A stretch of 64,000 nucleotides of DNA from the human T2T-CHM13v2.0 reference genome, Homo sapiens. Positions 26,801 through 43,200 of the stretch are shown piece after piece. The stretch lies in assembly GCF_009914755.1 (NCBI RefSeq), contig NC_060926.1. One strand, 5' to 3'. The notes under the pieces are model-generated. The model did no database searches and was not told the DNA's origin. It was given only the letters and a program-made list of their open reading frames with translations. Every line of letters begins with the position of its first letter. Position 1 is the first letter of the stretch. The position numbers were made by a program, and so were the translations under genes.

Positions 26801-28669
26801 AGACAAGCCTGAAACATATAATCATCCTTAACCACTTTAAACATCACTTTTAATCAACAAGTATTTAAGACCAACGTGACTTATATTTGCCAGAACAACA
26901 GTGGAGGAGAGGAAGGTGAACTTTGTTTTCTTTTTTCAAATTTGGCAATAGAAAAATTAAACGCTGTGCTAAGAGACAGGAGTCTTTCTCTGTTCCTAAG
27001 TGCTCCTCCGATTAACTCTCGGCCTGCCTGAGCACGCCCAGCATGGGACCACCCTATCCCTCTGACAGTTTACACCTGAGGTGTCTTGGGTAGGTGCCTC
27101 TGTTCTTCATCCCTTACACCACATCCCTGGGACCACAGTTGCTTCAGATGGAGCACAGCAAATATTCTATTGAAGGCAAGTTCAGAAACCTTGTCACTTG
27201 AGGCGCATAAAGTGAAAGCAACCTACTTTTTTGAAAACCTCCTAAACAGAACCATTCCCCACTAGAAAAGAAGGATCAGCTGGTTTACTTATGTGACTCG
27301 GCCATCCCTGACGTCTGCGATCCTGTGATATGATTCCAATTTGCCTTCATGGAGGGCCATCTGCTGAATTAATTGTATGCACTCCTTTGTGCTCGCCTCT
27401 AATGTTTATTTCATTACAATATTTACAAAGGGACTTGAGAAATAAGTCACTATGCAAATGAAAGTATGAATACAAGATTCAGAGGAATATTAAAATTCAT
27501 TAACCTTATTTACATTTAAACTATTATTATGTATATTTGAGCATGGTGCACCTGCCAGAATGGATGTGGGGAGCCACATCAGCAATCCATTGAATCATCT
27601 ATTCACTGTCTTTATTTCCTTGTCAAGTAAAGTAAAAACTTCCTCATCTTGGACACATTTAAAATCACTACCAAGCTGATTTATTCATTAGTAGTTCTTA
27701 TTTCTAGAGAAGTCTAATACAAATTTCAAGTTGTCCTTTGGCACTTAGAGGATCTACTCTTAAATAATTTTTCCGTCTTTGTGAATTTTGAAGTACAGTG
27801 TTTCTCTTATCACCCACTTAGAAATGAACTAGACCAAGCTTATCATTTTGGAGGCTGACAAACAAAGGCTCTACCTGCCTGACCACCTCCCCCACCCCAG
27901 AAACCTCAGTTCTATAAGAAAAGAAAAATTAAGAAAGAAAAACAATCAAACTGGTGGCTTTCTATTGTTTTCCAGTCCTTTATTCAGCATGGTCTTGATT
28001 CAGCTAACGTACGGGATCAAGTGGCAGGTCAAAACAGTAAGAGCCACCATGATAAGATTTGATGCCTTCTGTCCCTATGAGAACTGAATCTGCCGTAGTC
28101 CACTTGGCTTTGGGTTATGCAGCCAAAAAAGAAAAAAAGTGTAATCTATAACTGCTGTCTGACAGGGTAGATGCAATTAAAGGGCAAGCTTTTGTTCAAC
28201 AAAAGTTGTTCAAAACAACTTAAATGCAAGTTGGCAAGTAGACATTGATGAGAGATCAACACAATAGAAGGATGATTTTCTGAAGATCCAAAGGAGCTCA
28301 CAAGAAGGGAAGAAGCCCAGTGATGTACGTTGCAAGGTTCAGAAGAACAGACCCAAGGATATCACAGTTGAAAAGAGAGAACAGGGATTTCTAATAGACC
28401 ACTGGTACCTTGTTTCTTCCGGGTTTGAGATATAAACACCTCCTCACCACTCCTCCACATATCTTCGTTAAGTCTGTATGTCCATAAAGGCTTTCTGGGT
28501 GAATGGATTCTTTGGAGGGCTGTAGAGACTTCCACCAAAGTCAACGTGCTGCCACTGAGTCAGCCACAAGGACTTGGAGCAGAGGACTTAGTGAAAAAAA
28601 CAGACCCAGAGAATGTGTGGAAATCTAGATGCTTTGATCATCAGCAAGCCACGGAAATTGTGGGTTTGA

Positions 28670-28830
28670 GCAGTGGTTCTTGAGCTGCAACCTCCATCAG
28701 AATCACATGGAGGGCTTGTTAAAACAGATCGCTGGGCTCCACCCCCAGAGTTTCTCCTTTAGTAGGTCTGGAGCAGGCTGGCAAATCTGTATTTTTAGCA
28801 AATTCCCAGGTGATGCTGATACTGCTAGAA
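28670..28830. mobile_element. MER5A (hAT-Charlie MITE)
   Basis: cagtggttct...catcagaatcacatggagggcttgttaaaacagatcgctgggctccacccccagagtttct...aaattcccaggtgatgctgat. Confidence 0.9.
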
Positions 28831-28937
28831 TGGGGGAAACGCCTAGAGAATGTTCCTATCCAGCGCTGGAGACCTGGGGAGGCCTCAGCTGACATGACTT
28901 GGGGGACTATCACCTAAAAGCCCTGCCAACCAGAAGG

Positions 28938-29100
28938 CAATGATTCTCTGGTCTTGATGCATGTTTGAATCACCTGGGGAGATTTTACAAACTATAGAGG
29001 CCTGGGCCCACGCCTCCAGTTAAATAAGAACTCTTAGAAGTGAGAGACTAGGCCTTGGTATTTGTAAAAGCCTCTCCAGATAGTTGGCTGTATCAGCAGT
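28938..29100. mobile_element. MER5-family MITE
   Basis: caatgattctc...gaatcacctggggagattttaca...ggcctgggccca. Confidence 0.7.
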
Positions 29101-29413
29101 ATCAGGAGGCACAGATATAAAGTAACAATCAAGGACAAATTCCTGGAGAGCAGAAGCTGTGCTTTCTGGCACATAGAATTCAGATGTGAAGAATGGACAA
29201 CCCCAGGCAGTGGGAAGACAGCAGAATTTTAAGGAATCACACCATAGCTGCCCACTGCAAGGGCACAAGGGCAGCAGGCAGTCAGGAGTGGAGTAGTTCT
29301 TTCTGAGAAAAGGCCTGGAGGTCAACATGCTTCAAAATAAGAGTAGGAAGGAGTAAGAGCTTTAGAAATGGCATCTACAAGGTCATCTATAGAGGAAATC
29401 GTTTACAAGTCTT

Positions 29414-29727
29414 TGCATTAGGCCATTTTTACATTGCTATAAAGAAATACCTAAAACCGGGTCATTTGGAAGCTTCCAATCACGACAGAAGATAAAGCGG
29501 GAACAGATGTTTCACATGGTGGGGGCAGGAGCAAAAGAGTGAGGCAGGAGGTGCCCCACACTTTTAAGCAACCAGATCTCGCGAGAACCCACTCACTATC
29601 ACAAGGAGGTACTAAACCATTCATGAGAAATCAGCCCCAATGATCCAATCATCTCCCAACAGGCCCAACCTCCAACATTGGGGATTACATTTCTACATGA
29701 GATTTGGACAAAATCCAAGCTATATCA
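29414..29727 (-). mobile_element. MSTA-type MaLR solo LTR (internally deleted)
   Basis: tgcattaggccatttttacattgctataaagaaatacc...ggtgccccacacttttaagcaaccagatctc...catgagatttgg...ctatatca. Confidence 0.9.
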
Positions 29728-31644
29728 GACCTGTAGGAAAAAAGAAACTTATCAATCTCTTTAAATCTATATGTAGCAGTAATAACAACCATTGTAATGC
29801 CACGTGTATAAGTTAGAAAGTGGGAGCTGAAGAGAGATAAACTCAACAGGGAGAAAATATGTTAAAGATCCAACGGAGCTAATGTTTATTGTTTATGTGT
29901 GTGCATGTGTGTGTGTATGTCCCAGAAGGGTTGAAGCTAGGGCCTGAGGACATCTCACTTGAGAAATGAGATGCCGCTCCATCTTCTGTCTAGTTACATC
30001 TTCTGATGTGCTGGGAGCCCACAGACCCATAAAGGACATGAAGTGCATGGACCCTTGGGAATCCAAAGTCACAGACTTGTGTGCCCGCCTTGCAAAGAGG
30101 GCCCAAGTTGGCTAAATTATGTGGATCTCTATGGAGCAGAGCATTTTAGGAAAAAAATAATGGGGGTTGGTAGGGGGGGAATGGTGAGAGGAAATGCCTG
30201 GCCACCAAAGACAGAACCCACAAAAGTATCCAAGCATCTGGAGAAAGCAGTGGTTCCAGGAGTCTTTATTTGAATCACTTTGCATGCCCTAGAAATCCTT
30301 TTGTAAAGGAAATAGCCATCACATCAAGATTTTCACACTTTATTTTTAGCATAAAAACAGCCATCAACCAAAATCATATTGGGAATTGAATTATAATGCA
30401 GACAGAGACAGAGTTGCCCCAGAGAAAAAAGGGGCAAGTCCTGACTCCCACCCCAGACTCCCAAATTGAGGCTCCCCTTATTCCCTAATGCCATCCCTGA
30501 GAAGGCTTGTCGATCACTGTTTGAAACCCACAAGAAAACCTCATTAGTATTGTGAATCTGAATTTTTCACTCGGAAAGCTGATTTTGCTCTATACAAGAT
30601 AAAAACAGAACTGTGGTGTTTTCATTGAACTCTGGCAAATAAGAGGTTAGGCTATTATTTGGTTTTCAAATGAGAGATGCCAGAGGAAGAACTATCAGCA
30701 TAATTCAGGATAGCTCAAAGAGCAACACCAGGGTTGATATGGAGTGGAGCCTCCTTGTCCGGCAAGCCATTTCAGGCATCTTCATTTTATGCAGAAGTCT
30801 GTAGAGGCTGAGTAAATCACTGCTCCCAGGCTTGTCTTCTTGGTGTATTTATTTTCCTAAGGTCAAAGGAAGGTAGACTAGAAGTACGTTTACCCCTGAG
30901 CTCCAAAGTCAACCTGGCTGGAACCGAATCTTGTGGCATAAACACTTTTACAGCTGGGTGGTTTCATTATGAGATTTAAAACCTAGTATCACCAACAACA
31001 GAAGGTCTCTATAAAATAGGAGGCATAGCAATAAAGAAAGACAAATGAAAACGGGAATATATATAGGTGGCACATCTGGCCCAGATGGGTAAAATCTGAG
31101 CCCATCAGATGGCCCATTGGAGTTATCTTGATACCATGAACATCCCTGCTTCCCTTCACTCTGCCCTAGTATTTTCTAAATTGAATCTTTAGTCTACCTT
31201 CACGCACTTAATGCTTTTCTCTCCTCCCTACCCCAAACATCCTTTTTGTATAATCAGGGCTCCCAGCATAGAATCTAAATGCTGTGTCCTATCTGGGTAT
31301 GTCCAACAGTGAAAATATTTCCAGATCCCAGGAAAGCTGGAGCAATTACTCTTACTTTTCTTAGCCATGCTTTCCCAGCTACACTATTCAAAGTTGTGCT
31401 TATTCAGGGTTGATAGTTAAAATATTTAATGATGGGACTTGAAGGGACATCCATGTTCCTACTGGCATCTGCCTACTGAACATCAATCAGTCCACCATTT
31501 AGGACATAGACTACTACAGTCTGGCATAAATATTTTGAATTCTCAATAAAACAATAGCGTTCCAGACCCCAAGAAACAGGGTAAAATGAAAGTTTTATTT
31601 TATTTTATATATTTAAGGTGTATAATATGATGTTTTGATATATA

Positions 31645-33108
<1,464 letters not shown>

Positions 33109-33660
33109 TACATATGGACAGTGAAAAGTTACTATAGCCAAGCAAATTAACATGTCCATTATCGCACATAGTTACCAATTTTTTCTTTGTGGCAAGAGCA
33201 CCTAAAATCTATTCTTTTGACAAACATCCCGAGTACAGTATGGTATTATTCAGTACAGTCCTCATGTTGTATATTAGATCTCTAGACTTGTTCATCCTTC
33301 GCATCCTCTGACCTGTATCTCTCTCTCTCCCGCTCCTGGTAATCACTGTTTTATTCTTTATCTCTGTGTTGTGACTTTTTTAAAAAGAGTTTACTAATGT
33401 ATCCATAGCTACACCACTGTTAAACAGATCCAGATGGACTTGTGCTCTTTTAAATACATTGTTATAGCAGATTATGTTACAATAAGGGTTCATTATATAT
33501 TTAATTAGCATTCACTACACTCTATTTTTAGCTGAGTCCTATTATTTCCACACATCTCACCACACTAACATATATGCATCTGTTTTCTGGTAAAAACATA
33601 CACCAGAAAAAAATGATAAAATCAGAAATTAATTTTACTTATGAAAGTCAAATGTCTTAA

Positions 33661-34104
<444 letters not shown>

Positions 34105-34417
34105 TAGTCACAAAGCAGGGAAGATTTAGGACATTCCCTGCCAGAATAAGTCAAATCAGACTTAAAGGTAAATATATTTCGTTTTCAAGATATTTTATGA
34201 GGAAAAAAATAAGTCATTAATTTTGATAGCTTTTAGTGTAAATAGGTAAACAAACAAAGCCCCCCATATATTATTAACCTTTTTATTAATGTACGTTGAG
34301 TTTAGTTGTACAGCTAAACTTTTCTAAAGTGTTTAAGCCAGCAAATCATCTTAGCTAGCCAGAAAAATATATTTGCCATATTCTCCTTCTTATCTATGTA
34401 TAGTCAATAGCTAATTA

Positions 34418-34712
<295 letters not shown>

Positions 34713-35166
34713 TTAGCTGATGCTGGACTGTTTACATTCTGGATTATTGGTGGCAAATCTGATTTTTTATAGCTTTGCAAAGTCTTTTTAAATTAAAAAA
34801 AAAACTAAACTTTATTATGATTTGGAGTGCTCTTATTATAGGAAAGATGAACAAAGAGAGGTCCAATGCCTCAGAATGAGGCTCCCCTTGGTAAAAGGAT
34901 TAACTCAAATTTAGGAACATGATATTAGTGGTTCACCTAGGGCCTTTGGGAGGAAGGGACTACATCTTACACGACGTTGATTCGAAAGGCAGAGTGCCAA
35001 CTTCTTAATTTACCATCACAGGATATTCCCTCTGGAGGTGATCAGCAGGAGGCCAAGTTACAAATCAGAAAGATGTGGACCACCCTAGAATTTGGTGGGT
35101 GGGGGACAACAGTCTTGGTTAGCCTAACATATGGAAATTAATCTAAAGTATGAAAATGAATCTGAA

Positions 35167-35340
35167 GCAATGATTCTCAATCTTTAACTCAACATCAAAA
35201 TCACCTAGAGGGCTTGTTAAAATACAACTCCTAGCATTTCCAAGTCAGTAGGTCTGTAATAAGACCCAAGAATTTGCGTTTCTACAAATTCCCAAGTGAG
35301 GCTATGCTGCTGATCCCAAGCCCACAACTGGAAGGAACTA
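35167..35340. mobile_element. MER5A-like MITE
   Basis: caatgattctcaa...catcaaaatcacctagagggcttgttaaaataca...agtaggtctg...aagaatttgcgtttct. Confidence 0.8.
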
Positions 35341-35737
35341 GATAAACTGTATTTTTATCCATTTATGTGTATTTTTGTCTGCATAACTCATATTGGTGTT
35401 TAAAATTAATGTCCATCCTCCCCTGAACAATGGTGGATTCACAAATGTTTTACTCTCCAGATTAAACATTCTTCATCAGTCAACTATGGGATATCTTTAC
35501 TTCATGTCATAATTCTCAAAAACTTAGTGTATACTACTTGTGCTTTAGATTAAAGCCTTCCTGGTGCAGTTATTTGGAAACATGCTATTCTCTCATTATA
35601 AATACATGTTTGCAATAGGTCTCTTAAACGTGCTACTTTGGCTGGTTATTTCCGCACATTGTATAATGATTATTGCTAGCTTCCACTTCAGTCTTCAACA
35701 TTTTACTAATTTCAAGGACTAAAGATGCCATCTAGAT

Positions 35738-36190
35738 CAGTAAGATTGTATTCATCTATAACTAACAAAAAACTTGATTTACAGAAGCTCTGACCTAAAT
35801 GTTTATTTTTCCACGTAAAAAGAAATCTGAATTGAAACCCTCCAGAGCTACTGCAGCTTTTCAAATATGCGGTCAAGGACCCAGACTCTTGCATTCTGCT
35901 CTGCCTTCGGGTGAATGTTGGATTTGGTTATTTGATTGTTGCCTCATTGTAACAAAATGGTTGCAGCATCCCCAGACCCCAATCATTATTTCAGAAGGAA
36001 AGAGTAATAAAATAAGGAAGAAGAGTACTTACATCTGAAACTCAAAAGCTTGCCATGAAACCCTCAATTCAAATCTCTTTGGCTGGCACCATGATAAATG
36101 ACCACTGCTAGTTGTTCAGAAGGATGATCATTTTTAGGTGGATATGTGACTGCCCCTCTCCCGCTAAAACTGGCATTCAATTAGGAAAGA
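35738..36190 (-). mobile_element. Old MLT1-type LTR
   Basis: gtcaaggacccagactcttgcattctgctctgcc; caaaatggttgcagcatcccca. Confidence 0.65.
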
Positions 36191-36864
36191 GACAGGACAG
36201 ATTTCATTTACCAATGTATGCTCCACTGCTACAGTTGGATATTTCACCCCGTCAGGCCTCAGCTCTCACTGCAATCAAGACAGTTCTGGGAGTCTTCAAC
36301 CTAGACACAAGATCACCAGACTGCATCCTAAAGAAAGCAGGCAAGCACTCTTTTCTTCTTTTGCAAGAGCTGCAAATCTCACCAAATCATTAGCATGAAA
36401 TATGCATGGCACCAGTGATGCCCAAAGTGCTGGACATTTGTGAACACATCTGTGAATAAAAGTATCTTCATCAAATATTCCTAAAGCAGCCTGCAGGCCC
36501 ACCCACAGGTAGCCAGAACTCCAGAAAGAGTGTTTCAGTCATTCCCTTAACACATTGCACGCTAAGGTATTGCACTGGCTAATAAAAGGTTATGACACTG
36601 AATAAGACATCACCCCTAACCTCAAGAAACTTAGAGATGAACGTGAGAATGATCAGAGTAAGAAGCGGGATGACACACTGGAGCTTGTTCCTCTTATGTC
36701 CATTTCTTCTCCAACTACATCAGGGAAGCTGATCTCTGTATAAAGAAACCACAAGGTGATGTGCCTGGGTCATAATGAAACAGAATTCCTGGCCTATGGC
36801 AGCAGAGCATCACTGTCCAATCACTGTGTCCCCTCTATTCTCAAGAAAACTACCCTTCAAACCC

Positions 36865-37095
36865 AGTGTGGCATAGCAGCGAAAGGTTCAAGCTCTGGGG
36901 TTGGCCCCCTCTTTTCCACTTACCTGTAGGAAACTCAGGCAGGTGCTTAGCTTCTGCACCTTAGTCTTTCCACCTGAATATGAGCATGATGATAACAGTG
37001 TCAAACTTACAGAATTTGTCATAGATTTCAAATATATGTACAAACTTAGAACTGTGCTTGAGAGATAAGCACTAGAGGAGGATTAGCTGGTGCTT
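36865..37095 (+). mobile_element. MIR
   Basis: cagtgtggcatagcagcgaaagg...ccacttacctgtaggaaactcaggcaggtgcttagcttctgcaccttag. Confidence 0.7.
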
Positions 37096-38864
37096 ATAAA
37101 CACCAAGAAACTGAGTTTCATCACCTATAGCACTACATGTTCACACTCTGCCCCACGAAGTGCCTGGACCTTCTTCATCAAAGTCCCCAAAATTCTTGCT
37201 CAGAAATTTCCACTGTAAAAGGAAGGCTGTGTTCCACATCCCACGGCCTGTGCCTAAGATCAATCTCAATGGGCATCAAATCTTTTATTTTTCAGAGTAG
37301 AAAGCCACAGGATGGGCTTTCTCACTTTTACAATAAAAGAGCTGGCAGGACCCAGGAAAACCAGTTCCTCTCTTTAGGGGAGAGTCTCAGATACAAAACA
37401 ATTGAAGTAGAAACTCAACTTCATTAGAATTGTTTTGACCACCTGAGCTCATTTCTCCATGTGCTTAAACAATGCAAAATAAGCCACAAAGGACTCAGCC
37501 TGGCAGAAGCTGAAACATAAAGAGTATTATTTTAACCTTAAATTGGCAACTAAAAGACTCCCAACCAGGCTGTCCCAAGTAGATCTGGCACTCGCACCCT
37601 GAGATTTGGGATTTGGCTGCAGCTGGTCCCAAAAGGTTGCGCTAAGGCTTACGAGCCTCATCTACCCTCGTAACCAATGATGCTAACCAGGCTCGGTGCT
37701 CACCAGCTCACTCACAGACACAACCAGCTCCCTGAGGAGGGGGATTTTCACAGTCCAGGGCAGCCCAAGATGCAAACAGAAACATTTCCTTTTTACACTA
37801 ACATATAAAGGAGTTCCTTGCAGTTCAGCATTCCAGGCAATGTGTTAGTCTCTTCCTTTAATCTTCCTGAGTCCAAGGCTGTGTGTGCCTCTCTCTCTAA
37901 TCCCGATACCTAGTCCTGCATCTCAAGCCCTGTGGGTGTTCAATAAATATTTGCTAAATATATAAATGCCTCATAATCCAAAGGCCACCTTGGGTGTGAT
38001 AACTGCTGGCTGATCATCTCTGAATGAGATCTTCCCGACTGCATCCCATTCCAAAATAGGATTAGAGACAGCCTCCACGGGCACACAAGAGAACTACAGC
38101 CAAGAGAATCTTGGCCCTGACTTCAGCATTCAGCACCGTGGGGACCTAGCCTTGGAAGCCTGACAGAGAATCTATACCAAGAGTCTTGTCTGATGAGGCC
38201 CTCAAGGATGCGGGAGGAAGGAGTGCCAGGTTGGCTCAGCTGTTTGGATCCCTTCGCACTATCCTCTTCTTCATTTATCAGGTTAATCACAGCTGCCTAA
38301 ATCCTACTAAAATTGGGAAATTAAAGCACAGTAGCACTGTTCCATTATCCCATTAGGGATACATCCTATTCGGATTTCCATTCCAGTAGGCAGATAGAGG
38401 TGCTCATTCATCACCCTCAAAGGGTGCTCATTAATGCCTGGCCATCTCAATTGTTCTCCTTACCTTGAGAACAGATGTAAAGCTGCTACTCCCAACTATC
38501 ACCATGATTGAATTCCCTCCAGCTTTGGGCGATTCTGTAGGTTTCCTCCTTCCAAAGCGAGGAAAGAGGTTTTCTTGATTCTCCTTTCTGAACACTTTCT
38601 ATTCACTTAGGCACAAATCTCTCAGCCTTCCTACACATGGTGGTCTCAGCACGGCTGCTTTCTGCCTAGGTGAATATTTGACATTCATTTTGGCTGCTTC
38701 TATGTTTGGTGCATTCTTATCTAAAGAACTTGCTATCAAAGCTGAAAATAAATGATAGGTACTTGCTCTCCTAGCATTATTTATAGCCAGAATCAAATTT
38801 GTAACCAAGGTTTCAACAAAAAAAGACCCATCCACACTGGACTTAGGAAAAAATGGGGAGTGTT

Positions 38865-38901
38865 TCTCTGTCTCTCTCTCTCTCTCTCTCTCTCCCTCTC
38901 T
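38865..38901. repeat. (TC)n microsatellite
   Basis: Direct inspection; it explains the ERERER ORFs. Confidence 0.9.
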
Positions 38902-38904
38902 ATC

Positions 38905-39228
38905 ATGAAGTGGCAGCAGAGGGCAGTGGCTACAAGGTTGAGTACTTGACACAAGAATTGGGGGTGGCGCGGGTGGGGAGTGTTTGTCAGCTTTGGCTGG
39001 GCTAAATGATTCTCTGGTGCAGAGTGGTACAAATGTTTGCATCTATGTCTTGGTGGCAGCTAAAAACCAGTTCTGACTCAGGGTTTGAGATGTTGATTAC
39101 CTCTGGCTTGGCACTGCAGCCCTCCCGAAAATTCTGTAAGTTACTCTATATCCTTTGACAAACTCTTTTTCTGTTTAGTTACCCAGAGTCGAAGTCTATT
39201 GTTTCTAACTTAGAGCCCTGACTAACCC
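38905..39228 (+). mobile_element. MLT1/ERVL-type LTR 3' part
   Basis: Ends aaactctttttctgtttagttacccagagtcgaagtctattgtttctaacttagagccctgactaa. Confidence 0.55.
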
Positions 39229-39453
39229 AGTAAATTTCCTGCAGAACTGATGCTTTTCCCCAAATTCTCCTCTCATAATAGTGATGGCTTTGGACCCCCC
39301 GTGTAAAGGTGAGTGTAAAGCTTTATTCTGGATACAACTTTCAGACACCCAGATGGGCACATTGAGATGGTTCCAGTGAAGCCCAAGCTCACCCAGCTAG
39401 TGAGTAGAAGAGTGGAGACTTGGACGCAGGTTTTCTGACTCAAGTCATATACA

Positions 39454-39735
39454 TTTTTTTAGAGACAGGGTCTCACTCTGTTGCTCAGGCTGGAATGCAG
39501 TGGTGTAATCATAGCTCGCTGTAGCGTCAAAGTCCTGGACTCAAGTGATCCTCCCACCTCAGCCTCCCAAGTAGCTGAGACTGTAGGTGTGTGACACCAC
39601 ACCGGCTAATTTTTTTTTTTTTTTTGTAGAGAAGGGGTCTTACTATGTTGCTCAGGTTGATCTCGAACTCCTGGCTTCAAGTGATCTCCCCTGCCTCGGC
39701 CTCCCAAAGTACTAGGATTACAAGTGAGAGCTATT
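39454..39735 (-). mobile_element. AluJ-type SINE (preceded by a MIR piece at about 39340-39445)
   Basis: Antisense Alu with gtcctggactcaagtgatcctccc and gtcttactatgttgctcagg. Confidence 0.92.
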
Positions 39736-39899
39736 CTGTTTTTCTCAGCAAAAAGAAACAAATCCCTCTTGAGTTGTCAAGCCAACTTAAGTAAGTGCTG
39801 TACTTTACATTCACTTGTAACAACTTTAATATTATACTAAAAGTAGGAGCTACACATCATTGCTCAAGGAAAACCTTACATGTTGTTTCTCATTGTCAC

Positions 39900-40620
39900 A
39901 CAGTGTAGATCATCTATAATACCACAGTTTTGCAGGCCACCCAAGGCAAAGCTGGTGCTACAACTCCAAAACCTTTTCTCACGCGTAGCTAATTGGCTGC
40001 TTCTGTGTAGTGTGCATCTGCGTGTCTGCTCCCACCCATGGCGTTATATTCTTATTAAGAATCAGTTGTGTTTGTTCTGAAACCTAGTTAGGACCATTGT
40101 ACTTGTTATTGCAAATTCATAATTGAATAAAATATGGGGAAAGCCAATGAAATACTAATATTTTTTTAATTTATTGTTTTGAAAAGATTCAATAGAGGTA
40201 AGTAAGTAAAACTTATGAGGAATTAGGAAGTTTACAACCGTCCAACTGTAAAGTCATAAAAGTAAAGAAAGATTCTGTCCTCAGAATGCTTTTCAATGGA
40301 CTTTCAATTCTCAATTCACATTCTTGTTCTGATTCTTAAAGTTCTCCATTTAAAGACACTGACACTGGCAATTATGGAAGATGCGTTATGTACATAGTTT
40401 ATGCAACAAAGAAATAAAGGTATTCCAATCAGCACAACAATACTTAGAGAACGCCCTGAACCTACCACATCGTATTGAAGAGTGAATATGCATATGCATG
40501 CTTTAAAGTACACGTAAATGTAATGCGTAAATTATTATGCATCCTTTTTTGTGACTCTCCACTTTTAGCTGTCAGTAGATTAGCTGGGTCCAGTTGCATC
40601 AGATAGGAAACCAGCCACTT
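39900..40620 (+). mobile_element. Ancient pogo/Tigger-family element with degenerate HTH-psq and CENP-B HTH coding remnant
   Basis: From 40134: MGKANEILIFF*FIVLKRFNRGK*VK; up to 40451: KTLTLAIMEDALCT*FMQQRNKGIPISTTILRE (cf. EDALYxWFxQxRxKGxPISGPILxEKA); boundaries approximate. Confidence 0.75.
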
Positions 40621-40833
40621 TTCTTTTTTTGCAGTCACTCTTCTGGAAGAGAAATCCACCTGTTCTGGATGATGTAGTTATGGGACAGACTTAATTACCT
40701 GTCGTGTGTCTGGGTGCTGTTGATCTACCTTTCTAGACCATTTTTGCTATGTACACCAGCTTCTGTGAGGTGGGCTCTTCCTCCCGTTCATAGAGAATTG
40801 GGAATCCATTGCTTGCAGAATTCTCAGAGACAC

Positions 40834-41135
<302 letters not shown>

Positions 41136-41444
41136 GAATTCTCAGAGATTTAGCACTCTTAAAGAAATCATCAATTTATGTTTTGTCATATGCAGGAAGA
41201 TAGTCCTGAGACAGCACTAAGTGATGTGAAGTTTCATGTCCAGATCAATCCAAATATGCCATGTTATAATCTAGAATTTTTAAAATAGTGGCAAGTTTTA
41301 TGATCTTCTATAGATCATAGTAGAGATTGGATAAGGAGCATGCCCAATTTCCTACCAGTGGCTATTTGTCATGCAAGTACGTGCTCATTCAGAATTTTCC
41401 TTCAATGTAATAGAATAATCCAGCCATTCTTTTATATTCGAAAG

Positions 41445-41640
41445 TTATTAATTAAGCAACTATTATGTGTTAGGAACTATTCTAGACATTGAGGCTACAA
41501 TGATGAGCAAAATAAAGTTCTGCTCTCATGGATCCTATATTCTAGTAATTTATCCTCCCTACCAGTGAGCTCCTAGAAAATACAAATTGTATCTAAATCA
41601 TCTTTGTATTTCTAGCACTTAACATGGTGTCTGACATTTT
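41445..41640. mobile_element. L2 3' fragments (opposed orientations)
   Basis: taagcaactattatgtgttaggaactattctagacattgagg; gtgagctcctag...tctttgtatttctagcacttaacatggtgtctgaca. Confidence 0.65.
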
Positions 41641-42611
41641 ACCCAATCACAGCATTAAAGAGGTAGAAAGTCTTTGCAAGCTGTATATAAACATTCTGAA
41701 TCTATGAACACACATTGAAATTAATCATTTTGTCTTCTTCCTACAACAGCCACTATTGGAACTTAATATTTACAATGCTATTTTTACTTTTCTGGTTCAT
41801 GGATTATTTTAGTAGAGAAATTTTAATTCAGCAAATATTCGAATGCCTGCTTTGTGCCAGGCATTGTGCTAGAGACCCAAATGGCTTTAGGATAGAACAG
41901 CATCCAATCTTCACACTGATTTCTCTCCTGAAGAAACAGAAACAGATGTTCTCTTTTAAACCTGCCTGCACAGCCTAGACTTCTCACAGCTTAGGAGAAG
42001 AAAGTTATCATACAATTCTCAGTACTCCTTTGCCTATCACTCCCAAAAGAAAGTATTTTCTGGAAGCAGTAGAAGAAAAGTACCTTGTCTCAATGAAATC
42101 TGATCATTTGTTTGGGGATATTGTTTTCTAGAGCTGGCAACTGTGCAATCTGCTTGTGGAACTGCAGAAATGATGTGGGCAAGGCTGAGGAGAGGAAGGT
42201 TCTGCTTAGCCACACTCCTCCTGCCCTTCCTGGGCTCCCAGACAACTCGCCAGCAGAGTAATAAAGATCTTCTCCACTTTCTGCGAGCTTTATATGGAAG
42301 TACTCGTCTACCCTTTAATAGGTAAAGATAACTGCAGTTTTAAAAAAATTATTTAAAATATTAATATTAAAATTATAATAATTTATCACTATAATAATGA
42401 AATGTTATTAAAATATTATTTTAAAATATAATAAAGTTATTATACTCAATGTTGGTCTAAAAAAAAGTAGACCTCTGGGAGTGTTAGGGGTGACAACTAA
42501 AACTTGCTAAAACTTTCAGGAGGTGACACATACCAAACACCCAACTGAAAAACTGTAATCTACAGTAGATCATTCAGATTTTCCAAGTATGTAAATAAAA
42601 TACACTCACCT

Positions 42612-43200
<589 letters not shown>

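Noticed and set aside
38599-39042. 147-aa and 79-aa minus-strand ORFs containing ERERER
   Set aside because: Read-through of the (TC)n microsatellite and adjacent LTR
40187-40197. Apparent 11-nt microexon (tactaat...ttttgaaaag|attcaatagag|gtaagt)
   Set aside because: Not frame-preserving, weak AAG acceptor, and explained as part of the Tigger-like transposase relic
42132-42321. AG/GT-bounded open segment on the + strand
   Set aside because: Moderate splice sites, unrecognised peptide and no linked exons
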